From Octopus sinensis (lineage: Eukaryota), in NCBI RefSeq assembly GCF_006345805.1, contig NC_043005.1, positions 105,028,001 through 105,092,000 on the forward strand: DNA of 64,000 nt, given 5' to 3'. Of the stretch, positions 13,351-26,726 are shown piece by piece; position 1 is the first letter of the stretch; each line of letters starts with the position of its first letter. Under the pieces are notes generated by a model. The model searched no databases. It was not told the origin of the DNA and saw only the letters and a list, made by a program, of their open reading frames with translations. A program made the position numbers and the translations under genes.

Positions 13351-13731
13351 GTGTTGTGAGAGGATTTTGCGTGTAAACGAGACCAACAATTTTTTTTAAA
13401 TCAACAATGAGTAACTCTCAATAGCGAGGAGACGTTCGAAACCCCATAAAACCATGGGTACTCTGACTTGTGGGGTTGGAGCCTTTTTTCCTTTCCTTTA
13501 TCATTTTTGTTTTCAACTACAGTCGTATGCTCAGGCCAGGCCTGTTCACCCGCACCATTCTCGCCACTTTCATCCACCTTTCAGCAAATTGGCTACAATA
13601 CCCTTCCCGCCTACCCTTATTTTCCTTTTCACGTGAAACTTGAAGTTGATCAGGGATTGGCCAAAGAGAAAAGTGTTTGTCGTAATGATAATTTCTAATA
13701 GCGTCATTATAAAATAATTATTATTTGACCA

Positions 13732-13762
<31 letters not shown>

Positions 13763-14289
13763 AATTATTATTATTTTTTTTTTACAAGTAATATTCTATA
13801 ATTTGTCTTTCTATTATCATTGTAAGTGTTTAGAGAAAGGGATTGATATGATAATAGTGAGTGAGAGATAATGAATGGGAAATATTCATAACCCCCTACT
13901 TACATGGTGGAGTGTGGATGGTGGAAGGAAGAGGATGAGTGGCGTAGAAGGAGAAGGAGGAGGAGGAGGAATGGAAGTCGGAGGTGGTAAAGGGTTTGTT
14001 TTCTGTTTTTCTTATTCTCTTTTTTCTTTTTTCAGAATATAAAATATAACAAATTTGTCATGTGTCACCCGGCAGGAAGACATTTCAAGGTCCCATGAGA
14101 AATAACTAATGTAAAGAGAGGAAGAAGACATAGAAAGAGTAAGATAGATATAGAGAGGGGCGGAGACAGAGGGAGAGAGAGAGAGGGGGATGGAGAGAGA
14201 GGAACTGAGTGTAAGGAAGAGAAAAGGAAGGGTGTGTGCGTGATTAGGGAGAAGACAGTGGTTAGATAGTAGTTTGGTGATTGTGGAAG

Positions 14290-14334
14290 TAATGGTGATT
14301 GAGAGAGGAGATTGGTTGTGGAAATAGCATTTAT

Positions 14335-14369
<35 letters not shown>

Positions 14370-15162
14370 GTGATGGTGATGGTGATGGTGATGGTGATGG
14401 TGATGGTAGGTCGTTGATGGTAAATTTAGTTGTGGTTGCGGCGGTTATATTCGTTGTAATAGTGATTGTGATGGTTCTGGTGATTTTGTGTGGTGGTGAT
14501 CACAACAGTTGTGGTAAGGGCAGAAGTAGTGGTAGTGTGCGACTGTGGAGTAGTGAGAAGGTTAAGGGGGGGAATAATGGTTATTGTGGCCGTTATGATG
14601 GTGGTGGAGGGTAAGGGTTAGGTCGCCATAGCTGCAGTGAAAGCTGTGATGCTTCCGGTTTAACTGCTCTTGGTGGTTATGATGATGCTGCTGTGCTTTT
14701 GCCCGCTGGTGACCGTAATTAAAATGGCTGTGCCGATATATCACGTGATGGTATTCTTGATGAGGACTGAGTGGGCTGCTATAGAGTAGCAGTGGTACTG
14801 GTAGCACTGCTGGTGGTAGTACTTGTAGTGGTAGTGCTGATAGGTGTTATGGTGGTAGTGGTGATTATATAGTGTGGTAATGAAGATAGTTGTGGCTAAG
14901 TTTGTAACTACAATCAAACTGTTCGATATAGTCTACTGATAGCGGTGGAGGTGATTGTGGTGGTGGTAGTGGTAGTAGTGGTGGTTGTGGTCGTTGGTTA
15001 TGTTGATGGTTGTGGTCGTTGTGGTCGTTGGTTATGTTGATGGTTGTGGTTTTGAGTTAGCAGTGGTATGGTGATGGAGCTGATTGTCGCCTTGTTTCTT
15101 ATGGTCTGCAGTGTAAAAATAGCGGTAATGATAGTAGCTGTAGAAGTAGTAGTGGTCGTAAC

Positions 15163-15225
<63 letters not shown>

Positions 15226-15230
15226 TTCTT
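14290..15230. repeat. Low-complexity GAT/GGT/TAG trinucleotide region
   Basis: Direct inspection. Confidence 0.85.
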
Positions 15231-15344
15231 GGTCGGTCTACACCAGATTTTCGCAACCACTTTTCCTTATGCAGCCCCTTTGATTCCAATTTTGCTTAGT
15301 TGAACCCTCACAGCCATTCGATGTTTTAGAAATCTTATAATATT

Positions 15345-16590
15345 TTACAATGAAATATTATGAGGAAGTGCATAAAAACAGTTCCTATATTAATGGCAGT
15401 CACAAGGTTCCTTGAGTTGAGTTTTGATTTCAAGAGAAGTTTGAATCGCTTGAAATACGCAGTGATAGCATTGCCTTTCATTTCACTGTGCAAGATATTG
15501 TCCAGCTCCAGGATCCCAAGGTACTTGTACCCATCATCAACTGGATCTTTCATTCTCCCTCCTTGTGGCAATTCTATGCCCCTACAATCTGATATTTTCC
15601 CCTGTTTCAAAATGAATACCGTACACTTCGAGATACCAAATTCCATCCCTATCCTTGCTGCACTTCTGCACAGTCTCAACCAGCCTCTATTTTTGCGAAC
15701 AGTTTTAAATCACCCGTGAAGAGAAGGTAGTTGAGATGTGGTCTATTCTTTCTCAGCTCATAGTGTGCGTTGAATTTGCGTAGGACCAAAGAAAGTGAGA
15801 CCAAAGCCATAACAAATAACAAAAATGAACAAGAGTTTCCCTGGAAGATACCTCTTTTGATTGTTACCTCGGCTAAGTGCTGGTTGTTACAGAAAAGACG
15901 TGTTTTCCAACTAAGCATGCTGTTCTTAACCAGTGTACACACGTTCTTAGCTCTTCCACACATGTCGAGTGCTTCGAAAATACACGAATACGGCAACATG
16001 TCGTAAGCCTTTTTAAAATCTATCCAGGCCATGCACAAGCATTTTTGGTACCGTTTGTAGTTCTTCCTTACAACCTTGTCTATCACAAGGTGGTCCTTGG
16101 TGCTCTTGGATCCTTTTCGGCGTCCCTTTTGTTCTATTGAAAGTAGATTGCTTTCTGCAAGGAACGTATATATTTTCCCTACGGAGATGCCTGTTAACAC
16201 TTTCTATAAGAGGTTAAAACAAGCAATGTGTCGGTAATTGCCAACCTCATTGTCCTTTGACCGATCTTTTATCTACTATGTTGTCTTTTCCTCTACAGTC
16301 CACTCCAGAACTGTACCACTCTGTTCGCTTGTATGTTGACCTAAACCACCTGAGCCAGTAGCTTTGAAATCCGTCTGGTCCTACCGTTTTCCAGCTTGGC
16401 AGTTTTGATACCAGTGCAAGCGCATATTCCGTTGTTAAGCGCACAGGGTCTTGTTGCGGAGACTTCAGAGGATGGAGTTCGGAATGAATTAATCCACTCA
16501 GCTCCGTGGTTGTAGGAAACTTCTTGCCCCCATATGTTATTACAAAATTGGCGAGTTTCCTCTGCCTCAAGAAGCATATTAACTTCTGTA
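15345..16590 (-). mobile_element. R4/Dong-clade non-LTR retrotransposon, reverse transcriptase fragment (pseudogenised, truncated at both ends)
   Basis: Peptides GPDGFQSYWL, NYR(H)IACF, EQKG..TKDHLVID, MAWIDFKKAYD, IKRGIFQG, LLFTGDLKLFA (decayed MDD), IGMEFGISKC, YKYLGILE, LKSKLNSRNLVTAIN; frameshifts present. Confidence 0.88.
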
Positions 16591-16639
16591 TCTCCAATTA
16601 TTATTCTTATATAAAAGAAATTATTATTATTATTATTAT

Positions 16640-16695
<56 letters not shown>

Positions 16696-17351
16696 AAAGC
16701 AGGTGGAGGAAGAGTTATTTGGTTTTCGAAATTTATTATGGTAGTAGTAGTTGTGATGGCGTCGTAGTAACTTCATGGTGTTGTCGATGTTGCTGTGGCT
16801 AGTGGTAGTGGTGGAGGTGGTGCTGGTGGCAGTTGTGGTTATAATAATGATGATAGAACCATTATTTAGACTGATGAAGGTGGTATTTTGGATGATTTGT
16901 GAGGGTTATATTTACGTTAGAGGCAAGACAGTGTCGGTGGTTGGGTTATGTGGTGTGGTAACGGTAGGGGTTCTGGTATAAAAAATATGTTGTTTATGGA
17001 AGTTTAGATGGGGTCGGTGAATCCAAAACCTGAAGGCCGGGACCAATTCCAGCTGGATAGAAGGGCAAAGGGTTATGAGAGAAAAAAATAAAAAATATAA
17101 ATAAAGAATAAGCATAATGAAAAAAAAGAGAATGAAAGTGTGCAGTGAAGCATGAAAATGTGATCTATTGTTGAGGACATGTTCGATATTTAGTTGTTGT
17201 AGGGTTGTGAAGAAATATGACCCATCATTCCCTTGTAGAGGCAAAACACTGGGGGATAGAGGAACAATAAAATCAAATAGAAAATATTATAAGCTGATAT
17301 GATAATTTTGTTTCATAATAAACATGAAAGAGAAGATAACGAGTTGATAGA

Positions 17352-18149
17352 AAATAGCAAGTTGATGTGCTCATTGTTTGAATAAATGTCTTTATTTCTG
17401 CTTAATATGAGCCAAGAAGGAAGACTTATGTTGGCCATTTCATCTGCAGGAAATAGTAGTTAAATTTTCTTCTATTCACACCTATTTCTTTACTACCCAC
17501 AAGGGGCTAAACACAGAGAGGACAAACGGATTAAGTTGATTACATCGACCCCAGTGCGTAACTGGTACTTATTTAATCGACCCCGAAAGGATGAAATGCA
17601 AAGTCGACCTCGGCGGAATTTGAACTCAGAACGTAGCGGTAGACGAACTACCGCTAAGCATTTCGCCCGGCGTGCTAACGTTTCTGCCAGCTCGCCGCCT
17701 TCCTCTATTCAGACCTACTATCGTAAAAACAGATGCCGGGTTAGTTGCTGCTAGACATGAAACAAGAAAAGATGGTCATAACTAGAACATTTGTTATATC
17801 CGAGCGGATATTGGATTAAATAACAACAAAAACAGCCTCTAATAAAAAAAATTAGCCGTTTTAAAAAATTTCTGGATTTCAAATTCCTCGCATTTATCGT
17901 TGATTTGGAACCAATAGGCAATATTAAAATATAAATAGCAAGTTGATATGTTCAGTGTTTGAATAAATGTCTTTACTCCTGCTTAATATGAGCCGAGAAA
18001 GAAGACTGAAGTTGGCCATTTCATCTACAAGAAATAGTAGTTGAATTTTCCTCTATTCACACTTACTATCGTAAAAAACAGATGCAGGGTTATTTGCCCT
18101 TTGCATTTGTCGTTGATTTGGTACCAATAGGCGATATTAAAGTATAATT
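17352..18149 (+). repeat. Old local tandem duplication
   Basis: 17352-17480 plus 17701-17750 plus 17889-17936 is repeated as 17933-18149. Confidence 0.85.
17485..17700 (-). mobile_element. Full-length SINE family A with TSD
   Basis: Head ggcggcgagctggcagaaacgttagc, core gtcgactttgc.ttcatcctttcggggtcga; flanks ttcttctattcacaccta / ttcctctattcagaccta. Confidence 0.9.
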
Positions 18150-18992
18150 TAAGGTGTCAAGGTGACAGAATCGTTTAGTATATAGTATACATATACCTTA
18201 TCTGTTACTATTAGGGCAACTGAATTATATAGGAAACTGGTTTGAGAAGATGGACTTCACAAAACCAGAAAGGACTTAGGACTTGATTAATTAGAAACTT
18301 GCAGATACAAGACTTTAATGGCACTGAGCAAATATGCAACATATTCCAAAAGTTTACGATGCAATAAATGTATATATAGAAAGGTGTAGACATGAAGACA
18401 AGTACATGTATGCATGCATTAGGTAAAAGAATATAACTTCACACATTCAGTGAAATCCATGCCTACATACATGTGCGCGTATATACATACATGCATACAT
18501 ACTTATATACCTAGATGCATATTTGAATACACTCACATATACAATTTACCTATCGCACCCTGTACATATACATATACATAAATACATGTATTAGCATCGA
18601 AGTCAAAGGTTTACCAACGGGGACAACGATTGTTTATCACCTGAGGAGATGCAACTGGATCCCATTATACAGGTAAACCGTTGGGTAATGAATCTATGTT
18701 GTATCGAAACATGTGTAGTGTTTATTAAATAGCTGTCTAACTTTACTCCCTGTATTATATATATATATATATATATAAAAGAAGGGATGGCATTATTAAA
18801 ATACCATCACGAGTGGCAAGCAAGTTATCAGCTGTACAGGCAAATTAATGAAATATATGCATAAAGTATAAGATATGTACTTACATATATATATTATAGA
18901 TATATATATATATATATATACAAACATATATATACATAAATACATATATATAATACATATATATATATACATATATATATATATACATACAC

Positions 18993-19049
<57 letters not shown>

Positions 19050-20380
19050 TATATAGACATATATACACATGCATTCATGTATACGTAAGTACACACGCAT
19101 AACAGACTCATATGTACATACGTATGCATACAATCGTATGAGGTTTGGAATTTTCATGGTAGTTCAAAAATATTTGCTTGTATTGAATTCTAGCATTCAC
19201 GGAAGTGAACAAAAAAAATGAAAAAGAAAAAAGAAAGAGAACAGAAGTGTGTGCCTGACATAATTCTTCTTAGATGCACTCCTGCGTACATACATATGTG
19301 CACACACTCTTATTCACGCTAACAGGAGCCAAACACATACACATATGTAATAATACTACAAGTTTGAATTATACAAATGCAAATACAGACCTAAACATGC
19401 ACAGGTATACCGCACAAGTCCATACACACACACACACACACAGAATAACATTATAGAATCATACACACATCATGAATTACACTGAAAATCATACGCATGA
19501 GCTAACTCACACACATATACCCATATACGCATTTACACTACACACACGTTAATAGAGATCGACACAAGTGCACACGCATAGATTTTGAACAAACAGTTAT
19601 ATACTCAAGTGTATACACACATACAGACAATCACGTTACCCCCACCCCGACACTCGCATATTTACTAACATACTTCCATCTCTACTTTTTGATTACCATT
19701 TCTCTCGTATACACACTTAGACATACATGGACATCACACACACACACACACGTATACAGTCACATATTTGTACGCACATGATATGCACATCAGCAAAATC
19801 ATACACATACACATACACGTACGCTATCACACTCCTTTACACATCTCCTGCGCGCCCATTAGACGGATCGCCCATACATGTATGCATACGATCACACACA
19901 TGCATACAGAAGCATAAAAACACATACACACCAGAATAGTTTTATTACAATTACACACACACACACACACACACACGCACGCACACATGCGCGCACACAC
20001 ACACACACACACATACACACACACACGAAACAAAACAATGACACCAATATAATTAGAGTCCATTAATAAAGCCCTAGTCTAGAGGAAGCCCTATGCTAGG
20101 CGCATGGGTCAGCCTTTGGCCCCTAGAGACAATCCTCACCACCCACTAGCGTAAATCAAACTTAAAACTATTTTGTTATTACTGTGGGGAGTTTTTAAAA
20201 ATTAATTCTGTCGTATGAAATAAGAGTCACGTGGGAGACACATGGGAGGAAGAGTTTGATGTCGATGATGTTAATAACGATGATGGATGATGATAATGAT
20301 GAGGCGGAGGAGGATTTAGCACAGAAATTGGAGAAAAGGAGGCGGAGGTGAATCGGGTGGCAGTGGTTGAAATGATGTTG

Positions 20381-20416
<36 letters not shown>

Positions 20417-20552
20417 GCATGATATGATGAGATTAATTTTCCTGGTATTAATTGTGATGAAGATGATGGCTGCAGTGATGATATTTGTAGTAGTGCTACT
20501 ACTAATAATAAGCATAGCTATTAAGATCACAGATGAAATAATGATGATGACG

Positions 20553-20584
<32 letters not shown>

Positions 20585-20643
20585 GATAATAATAATAATA
20601 ATAATAATAATGATAATATTAATAATAATAATAATATAATAAT

Positions 20644-20709
<66 letters not shown>

Positions 20710-20721
20710 TAATAATAATAA

Positions 20722-20780
<59 letters not shown>

Positions 20781-20782
<2 letters not shown>

Positions 20783-21332
20783 GAATCCCTGATGCAGTAC
20801 CAGGCAGTGGCTCTCATGGCTTCTGATCTTAACTGATTGGAAGTGTTATCATGTACATTGTTTTGTCTTGGTATAAAAGATGGGCTACAGCAAATATTCT
20901 GCTCAATACCACAGATTTGCTTGTCAGTTGTTTGACCTTAACCAGTTGACCATGTCCCTTAGTGGCTGACGACACGTGCATCATTGACCACGAGCAGAAG
21001 TAGTAGTGGAGTATCATAGCCATGTGTCGTGAGGAATTCTTTGGAGTTTGGATAATTCACCTCTGGAAACATGGGTGGTTCATTCAACTTCCTTAAACAA
21101 TCCTTATTCAGGGATCTTTTGAGCGGGATGGGCTACTCGAAGAAAATTCTAACTGGGCCCCACCTGCAAGGTCATGTGCTGTTTATCTTGATATTACCAT
21201 GTCGCGAACATATTGGTTGTGATGCATGTGCCTGGTGTACCCTTATCAGACGGGTAGTCATGATGGGTATACTGGGCTTCGTATATTTTACCCCAGTGTC
21301 ATTTTGATGGCATGCACTGCTCTCTTCACTGA

Positions 21333-21335
<3 letters not shown>
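20781..21335. repeat. Unclassified interspersed repeat E, ~555 bp, with (TAA)n on both sides
   Basis: Second copy at 12655; (AAT)n arrays at ~20550-20780 and 21335-21395. Confidence 0.8.
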
Positions 21336-21374
<39 letters not shown>

Positions 21375-21594
21375 TAATAATAATAATAATAATAACGCAT
21401 GGTAGCAAAAACAAAACAATCACATCACATTGTGAGTCAGTGTAGCAAACTGGCCCAAAAACGCTACAAAAGGAGGCAATGATAACGTAGCTAAGTTTGT
21501 TCACTAGAGATTGTGCGAGAAATACGGTCTTGAAAGAACACAGAAATGGAAAGAACATCGACCAGAAAGCATCATCGATAATAACGAGTATAAC

Positions 21595-22308
21595 ATTACA
21601 TCGACCCCAGTGCATAACTGGTACTTTAATTATCGACACCGAAAGGATGAAAGGCAAAGTCGACCTCGGCAGAATTTGAACTCAGAACGCAACGACAGAC
21701 GAAATACCTATTTCTTTACTACCCACAAGGGGCTAAACAGAGAGAGGACAAACAAGGACAGACACACGGTTTAAGTCTATTATATCGATCCCAGTGCGTA
21801 ACTGGTGCCTATTTAATCGACCCCGAAAGGATGAAAAGCAAAGTCGACCTCGGCAGAATTTGAACTCAGAACGCAACGACAGACGAAATACCTATTTCTT
21901 TACTACCCACAAGGGGCTAAATGGAGAAAGGACAAACAAGGACAGACACACGGTTTAAGTCGATTATATCGACCCCAGTGCGTAACTGGTGCCTATTTAA
22001 TCGACCCCAAAAGGATGAAAAGCAAAGTCGACCTCGGCAGAATTTGAACTCAGAACGCAACGACAGACGAAATACCTATTTCTTTACTACCCACAAGGGG
22101 CTAAACACAGAGAGGACAAACATGAACAGACACACGGTTTAAGTCTATTATATCGACCCCAGTGCGTAACTGGTGCCTATTTAATCGACCCCAAAAGGAT
22201 GGAAAGCAAAGTCGACCTCGGCGGAATTTGAACTCAGAACGTAACGACAAACGAAATACTGCTAAGCATTTCGTCCGGCGTGCTAACGTTTCTGCCAGCT
22301 CGCCGCCC
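21595..22308 (-). mobile_element. Tandem array of four SINE family A units, 184-bp period
   Basis: gaaatac recurs at 21701, 21885, 22069 and 22253; only the last unit has the full tRNA-like head. Confidence 0.92.
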
Positions 22309-23044
22309 TCTACTAAGGGAATATACCACCATCCCTACGGACGAAATGAATCTTCGTCAGAGCTCGTTGAACTCCAGCTAGCACTTGTGATGCCAGGAAG
22401 AAACGGCGAGCTAGTGTGCATAGAGAAAATGTGTTTTATTTAGCATAAACTAATTTGCATGTTGATGTTAGTTTGGCAACTGTTAACACAATATTAATAT
22501 AACAACACTTTCAAAAGAATCTTTTTAGTTCTGCTGTGATTGTCATTTCACAGCATTACGAAATATATAATAACCAAGTTACTAACTCATTATCAACACC
22601 ACCATTAAAATTACTAATAGTCCAACCGTCTCACGTGTTTTTTTTTTAATTTTTTGTACTGGAATATATATGCATATGTGCGTGTGCGTGCGTGAGTATG
22701 TGTGTGTGTGTGTGTGTGTGCGTGTGTGTGTTTAAGTCATCGAGTTAAAAGGCTGGAATATTGATAATTTTAATGATAATGTTTTCAACGACTCTTATGC
22801 AAACTGATACAGATGCACATACATGCATTCGCACACACACACACACACACACGTATTAATGTATGTCTGGCAGATTTGTTAGCAAGGTGGCCGAAAATAC
22901 TTCTTTTGTGCCAAAATTTGAAATTCATATTTACATATATCTTTTTTTCTTTTTTTATTCTTACCAGACTTAGAAAAGAAAATCTAATGATGTCGATTCC
23001 TTTGACTAAAAATTCTTCAAGACGGTGCTTCTGCATGACTACAG

Positions 23045-23187
23045 TCTAATGACTGGTACTTATTCTATCGATCACTTTTGGCGAACCTGCTAGGTAACCG
23101 TGAGGTAAACACACCATCATTGGTTGCCAAGTGGTGGGGGGGGGGCAAACACAGACACAATGATACCAACACACACACAAAAACACG

Positions 23188-23221
<34 letters not shown>

Positions 23222-23370
23222 CGATGGGATTCTTACAGTTTCCATCTATCAAACCCACTCACAAGGCTTTGGTGGGCCCGAGGCTATAGTAGATGACACT
23301 TGTCCAAAGTGCCAGAAGAAGCTTAGGTGGAAAGCAAGCGTCTTATCATGCAGCCACGCATGCGCCTATA
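23045..23370 (-). mobile_element. SINE family B with internal microsatellite
   Basis: Tail ggtacttattctatcg..., internal (CA)n(TA)n, cagtttccatctatcaaacccactcacaaggctttggt.. Confidence 0.8.
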
Positions 23371-23899
23371 AGCTTATACATACATTTGTTCTTTCGCAAA
23401 TTCTTTTCTTAATTTAGAGTGATTTTAACAAAGAAGAAACAACCTCGGCCATACGACCCGACTCTATTTATTCGTAATGCCACAAGTAGCTTTGGATGAA
23501 CAAAAAACGAGACATTACCAACCGAGAATAAACACTCCCAAGAGGAAGACTAATACCCCTACTCCCATATATACTCATTGATTAGCTCTGCCAGGGCTTA
23601 TATCAGACCGTGGCACAGCTAGGCTAGACGCTTAAAATAGCTAAAATCCAACTGCGAACGAGAAAGCTCAATATCACATAAGGTATTATTAATGGATTTT
23701 AGGTCAAAGGAGGGAGATATATACATAATGTCGAATGTTATATTTGTTCGGCAGCTTCTGGGTAATATATTAACCACTAAGTGTCATTGTGAACACTTGA
23801 AGCATACCCGCATGTTGGCTGGAAAGGAAAGGTAGAGAGCTCCTTAGTAATACCTTATAGCTGAACAGCTTCACTTTAGTGAAGCCGTAGAAACGATGT

Positions 23900-24150
23900 C
23901 TGCTCATCAGAATAGATATACTTAACCATGGTTGCCTTTAGGATTGAAAGCGGCGTTAACAAAGCTAAGTAGAGTAGTTTGGCGAGCAACTGCTACATTT
24001 CGCAGTGACGAGGATTGCTTTGTAATTCAGGAGACAAAGCTATCAAATGTCTAATGCCCGAAAGGGATAAGCTTATTGGTAATGCACCATTATGTAAAAT
24101 TTAATATCGGCTATGTGTAATTAGCATAGAAAATGTTTAACCCACATAGT
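23900..24150 (+). mobile_element. Possible heavily decayed L1-type endonuclease start
   Basis: MVAFRI.. followed in a shifted frame by DCFVIQETKL, like the QET motif of APE endonucleases; many stops. Confidence 0.25.
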
Positions 24151-25075
24151 TGCCATTGTTTGAAATGGTATCCATTTCCTTTATGTCAGACAGTATATCA
24201 TAACATAAGTACTGTAGCGCGTACGTCTTGAAAAGTACAGCTCAGAAGGTCGAACGCTAAGTAGTTACAATGATGTAGAATCTAGAGTGACTGAGATGTG
24301 GTGATGATATGTACAATCGAATGCATCGGTAAAGTACAAATGTACCATATAAAACAGAATTGCCTGGAATTGTAAATTATAAGCATTACAATGATAAAGA
24401 TTTTAGATACGCAGCAAACGGCTAAATTACACAACAGAAATTAAATGCAGCTGTTGGCAACTAATAATATTAGGAACTCAACACTTGTATAATCAAACTA
24501 CGATTATGTTTATTATATCTGTGTCAGAGAGGCTTTAGTCTATGAGACAAAAAATTGTAAATGTTGAGATTTAGGCAGATTAAAAGGGATTTTAAATCAC
24601 AGATTTCACATATTAATGTCCAAAAGAGATATCAGAATTTTACTCTTGTTTTGACTGTTAAGCTATCTACTAAGAGGAAGTTGAAGCATAATGACAATTT
24701 CAGAGTTAAATTTAATGAAAAAGACGTTTTGAGGGACAAGCATACGTAAAGGCATCCATGCGTTAATACATACATTAATATGTTTCTATGCTTGTATTCG
24801 TTTCCAGTCAAAATGTATTTGACAATTTACATATCTTCCGTAATTTCCGCTTCCAAGACGAATTTCTCACACCATGATTTACATCGAAAATATGTAGGTC
24901 GACTGATACACCAAAACGATGTTGGAGAACTAAAAATTGCATGTGAGATGCAGCAAGATTTGGAAATATAGTTAGGATGTTTGAATGTTTACACTACGTG
25001 CGTATACTATATACCGGAAAATACTGTATCTATCAAGTTATCTGTCTATCGGTCTATTTATCTATCTATTTACAT

Positions 25076-25175
25076 NNNNNNNNNNNNNNNNNNNNNNNNN
25101 NNNNNNNNNNNNNNNNNNNNNNNNNNNNNNNNNNNNNNNNNNNNNNNNNNNNNNNNNNNNNNNNNNNNNNNNNNN
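25076..25175. other. Assembly gap (100 N)
   Basis: Run of N. Confidence 1.
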
Positions 25176-25280
25176 AACGTTGCGTGGTATCGATCATTAT
25201 TGATTGGGTTCTGATTGACCCACGAATCATGAGTCTCAGTTGTTTGACATTGATAGACATTCGGTGCAAAAAAAATATTG

Positions 25281-25352
25281 TCGGGGAAGAAAGGGGATTC
25301 GAACCCTCTGACTTACAGTCGCGTATACAAATGTAGCTATAAACAATATCGC
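25281..25352 (-). pseudogene. tRNA-like remnant (T-arm/B box), probably a decayed tRNA copy or SINE head
   Basis: Minus strand gagggttcgaatcccct, with a T8 run shortly downstream; the 5' half does not fold as a tRNA. Confidence 0.3.
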
Positions 25353-25574
25353 ATAATGTATCTTTTAGCTTTTATCTTTTACTTGTTTCAGTCATTAGAC
25401 TGCGGCCCTGCGGAATGAATCGAACCCAATATTTAGTTTTTAAAGCCTCGTACTTATTCTATTGGTCTCTTTCGTCGAACCGCTAAGTTATGGGGACGTG
25501 AACGCACCAACATCGGTTGTCAAGCTGTGGTGGGGGCACAGACACACAGATACACATACACACACATATGGCAA

Positions 25575-26192
25575 ATGAAAGACGGAATATTTATCCAGAC
25601 TGTTGCCATAGCAACGAATCTAAAGCACTAAGAGTAGAGGCGCTTGGCACAGACTGAGCTTGAACTCTACTGTGCATGCGCACTAACATTCTAGCTCACT
25701 TCCGCTGTTTACTGCAGTGCTTGGATGGAAGGTGTATAGTGTTTGATCGTCGCATGACAGAAAGTTGAGCAAAGAATCTGCATCAAATTTTGCCAAAGTC
25801 TTGGTGATACCTGCTCAGAGGCCTAGGCAATGTTTTCAAAAAGTTTTCATCGTCCTCGACACAATCAAGGAGATCTTGTGCAACTGAAACCCGAGATTCT
25901 TTTTGGTCAGCTGAAAGCACTTTCGTCACAAACTTGGCAGACACGCGTCTCATACCCAAATCTTCAACTAATCTACACATCCTCTGATAACTCAGCGATG
26001 GTGATGCGACGATCACACGCTACACACGTTCTTTCGAAGCACTACTGTAAACAGCAGAGGTGAACTAGAACATTAAAACTTACTGCACATGCACAGCAGA
26101 GTTGAAGGTCAAACTTTATCAAGCAGCTTTAACCTGCGTGCTTTAGCTTCGTTACTATGGCAACAGTCCTGATTCTTATTGGTCAGACCTCG
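25575..26192. mobile_element. Mariner-derived foldback element made of two inward-facing 5' ends
   Basis: Plus strand MTE-VEQRICIKFCQSLGDTCSEA; minus strand DRRITIAEL then, after a frameshift, EDLGMRRVSAKFVTKVLSADQKESRV..DDENFLK; arms gactgttgccatagcaacgaatctaaagcac and its reverse complement; right end gacctcg|TA. Confidence 0.85.
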
Positions 26193-26315
26193 TATATATG
26201 TATATGTATATATAAATATATATATAATAATAATATTAGGGAATAAATCCAAACTTACAGGGAAAAATTAGATTTAGGATTAAATCCAATTTTATAGTAT
26301 AAATATATTATATAT

Positions 26316-26628
26316 TATATTAAATTAGAGATAAAACCACTATTAGGCAAATCAAACAGTGAAAGACATAAGCCAATACATAAAATTAATTTAAAAATAT
26401 AAAAGTTAAAATTTTAAAATTATTTAAATAACTTATAAATTTTAAATATATATATATACAAATATATATATATATATGTATGTATATTTGTATATATATA
26501 TCTAAAATTTATAAGTTTAAATTATTTAAATAATTTTTTAATTTTATATTTTTAAATTAATTTAATGTGTTGGCTTATGTTTTTCACTGTTGATTTGCCT
26601 AATAGTGGTTTTATCTCTAATTTAATAT
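26316..26628. repeat. AT-rich palindrome, ~150-bp arms, (AT)n centre
   Basis: attaaattagagataaaaccactattaggcaaatc..cataagccaa mirrored by ttggcttatg..gatttgcctaatagtggttttatctctaatttaat. Confidence 0.92.
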
Positions 26629-26644
26629 AAATATATATATATAC

Positions 26645-26726
<82 letters not shown>

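Noticed and set aside
25281-25352. Functional tRNA gene
   Set aside because: Only the T-arm/B box is recognisable; acceptor and D stems do not pair
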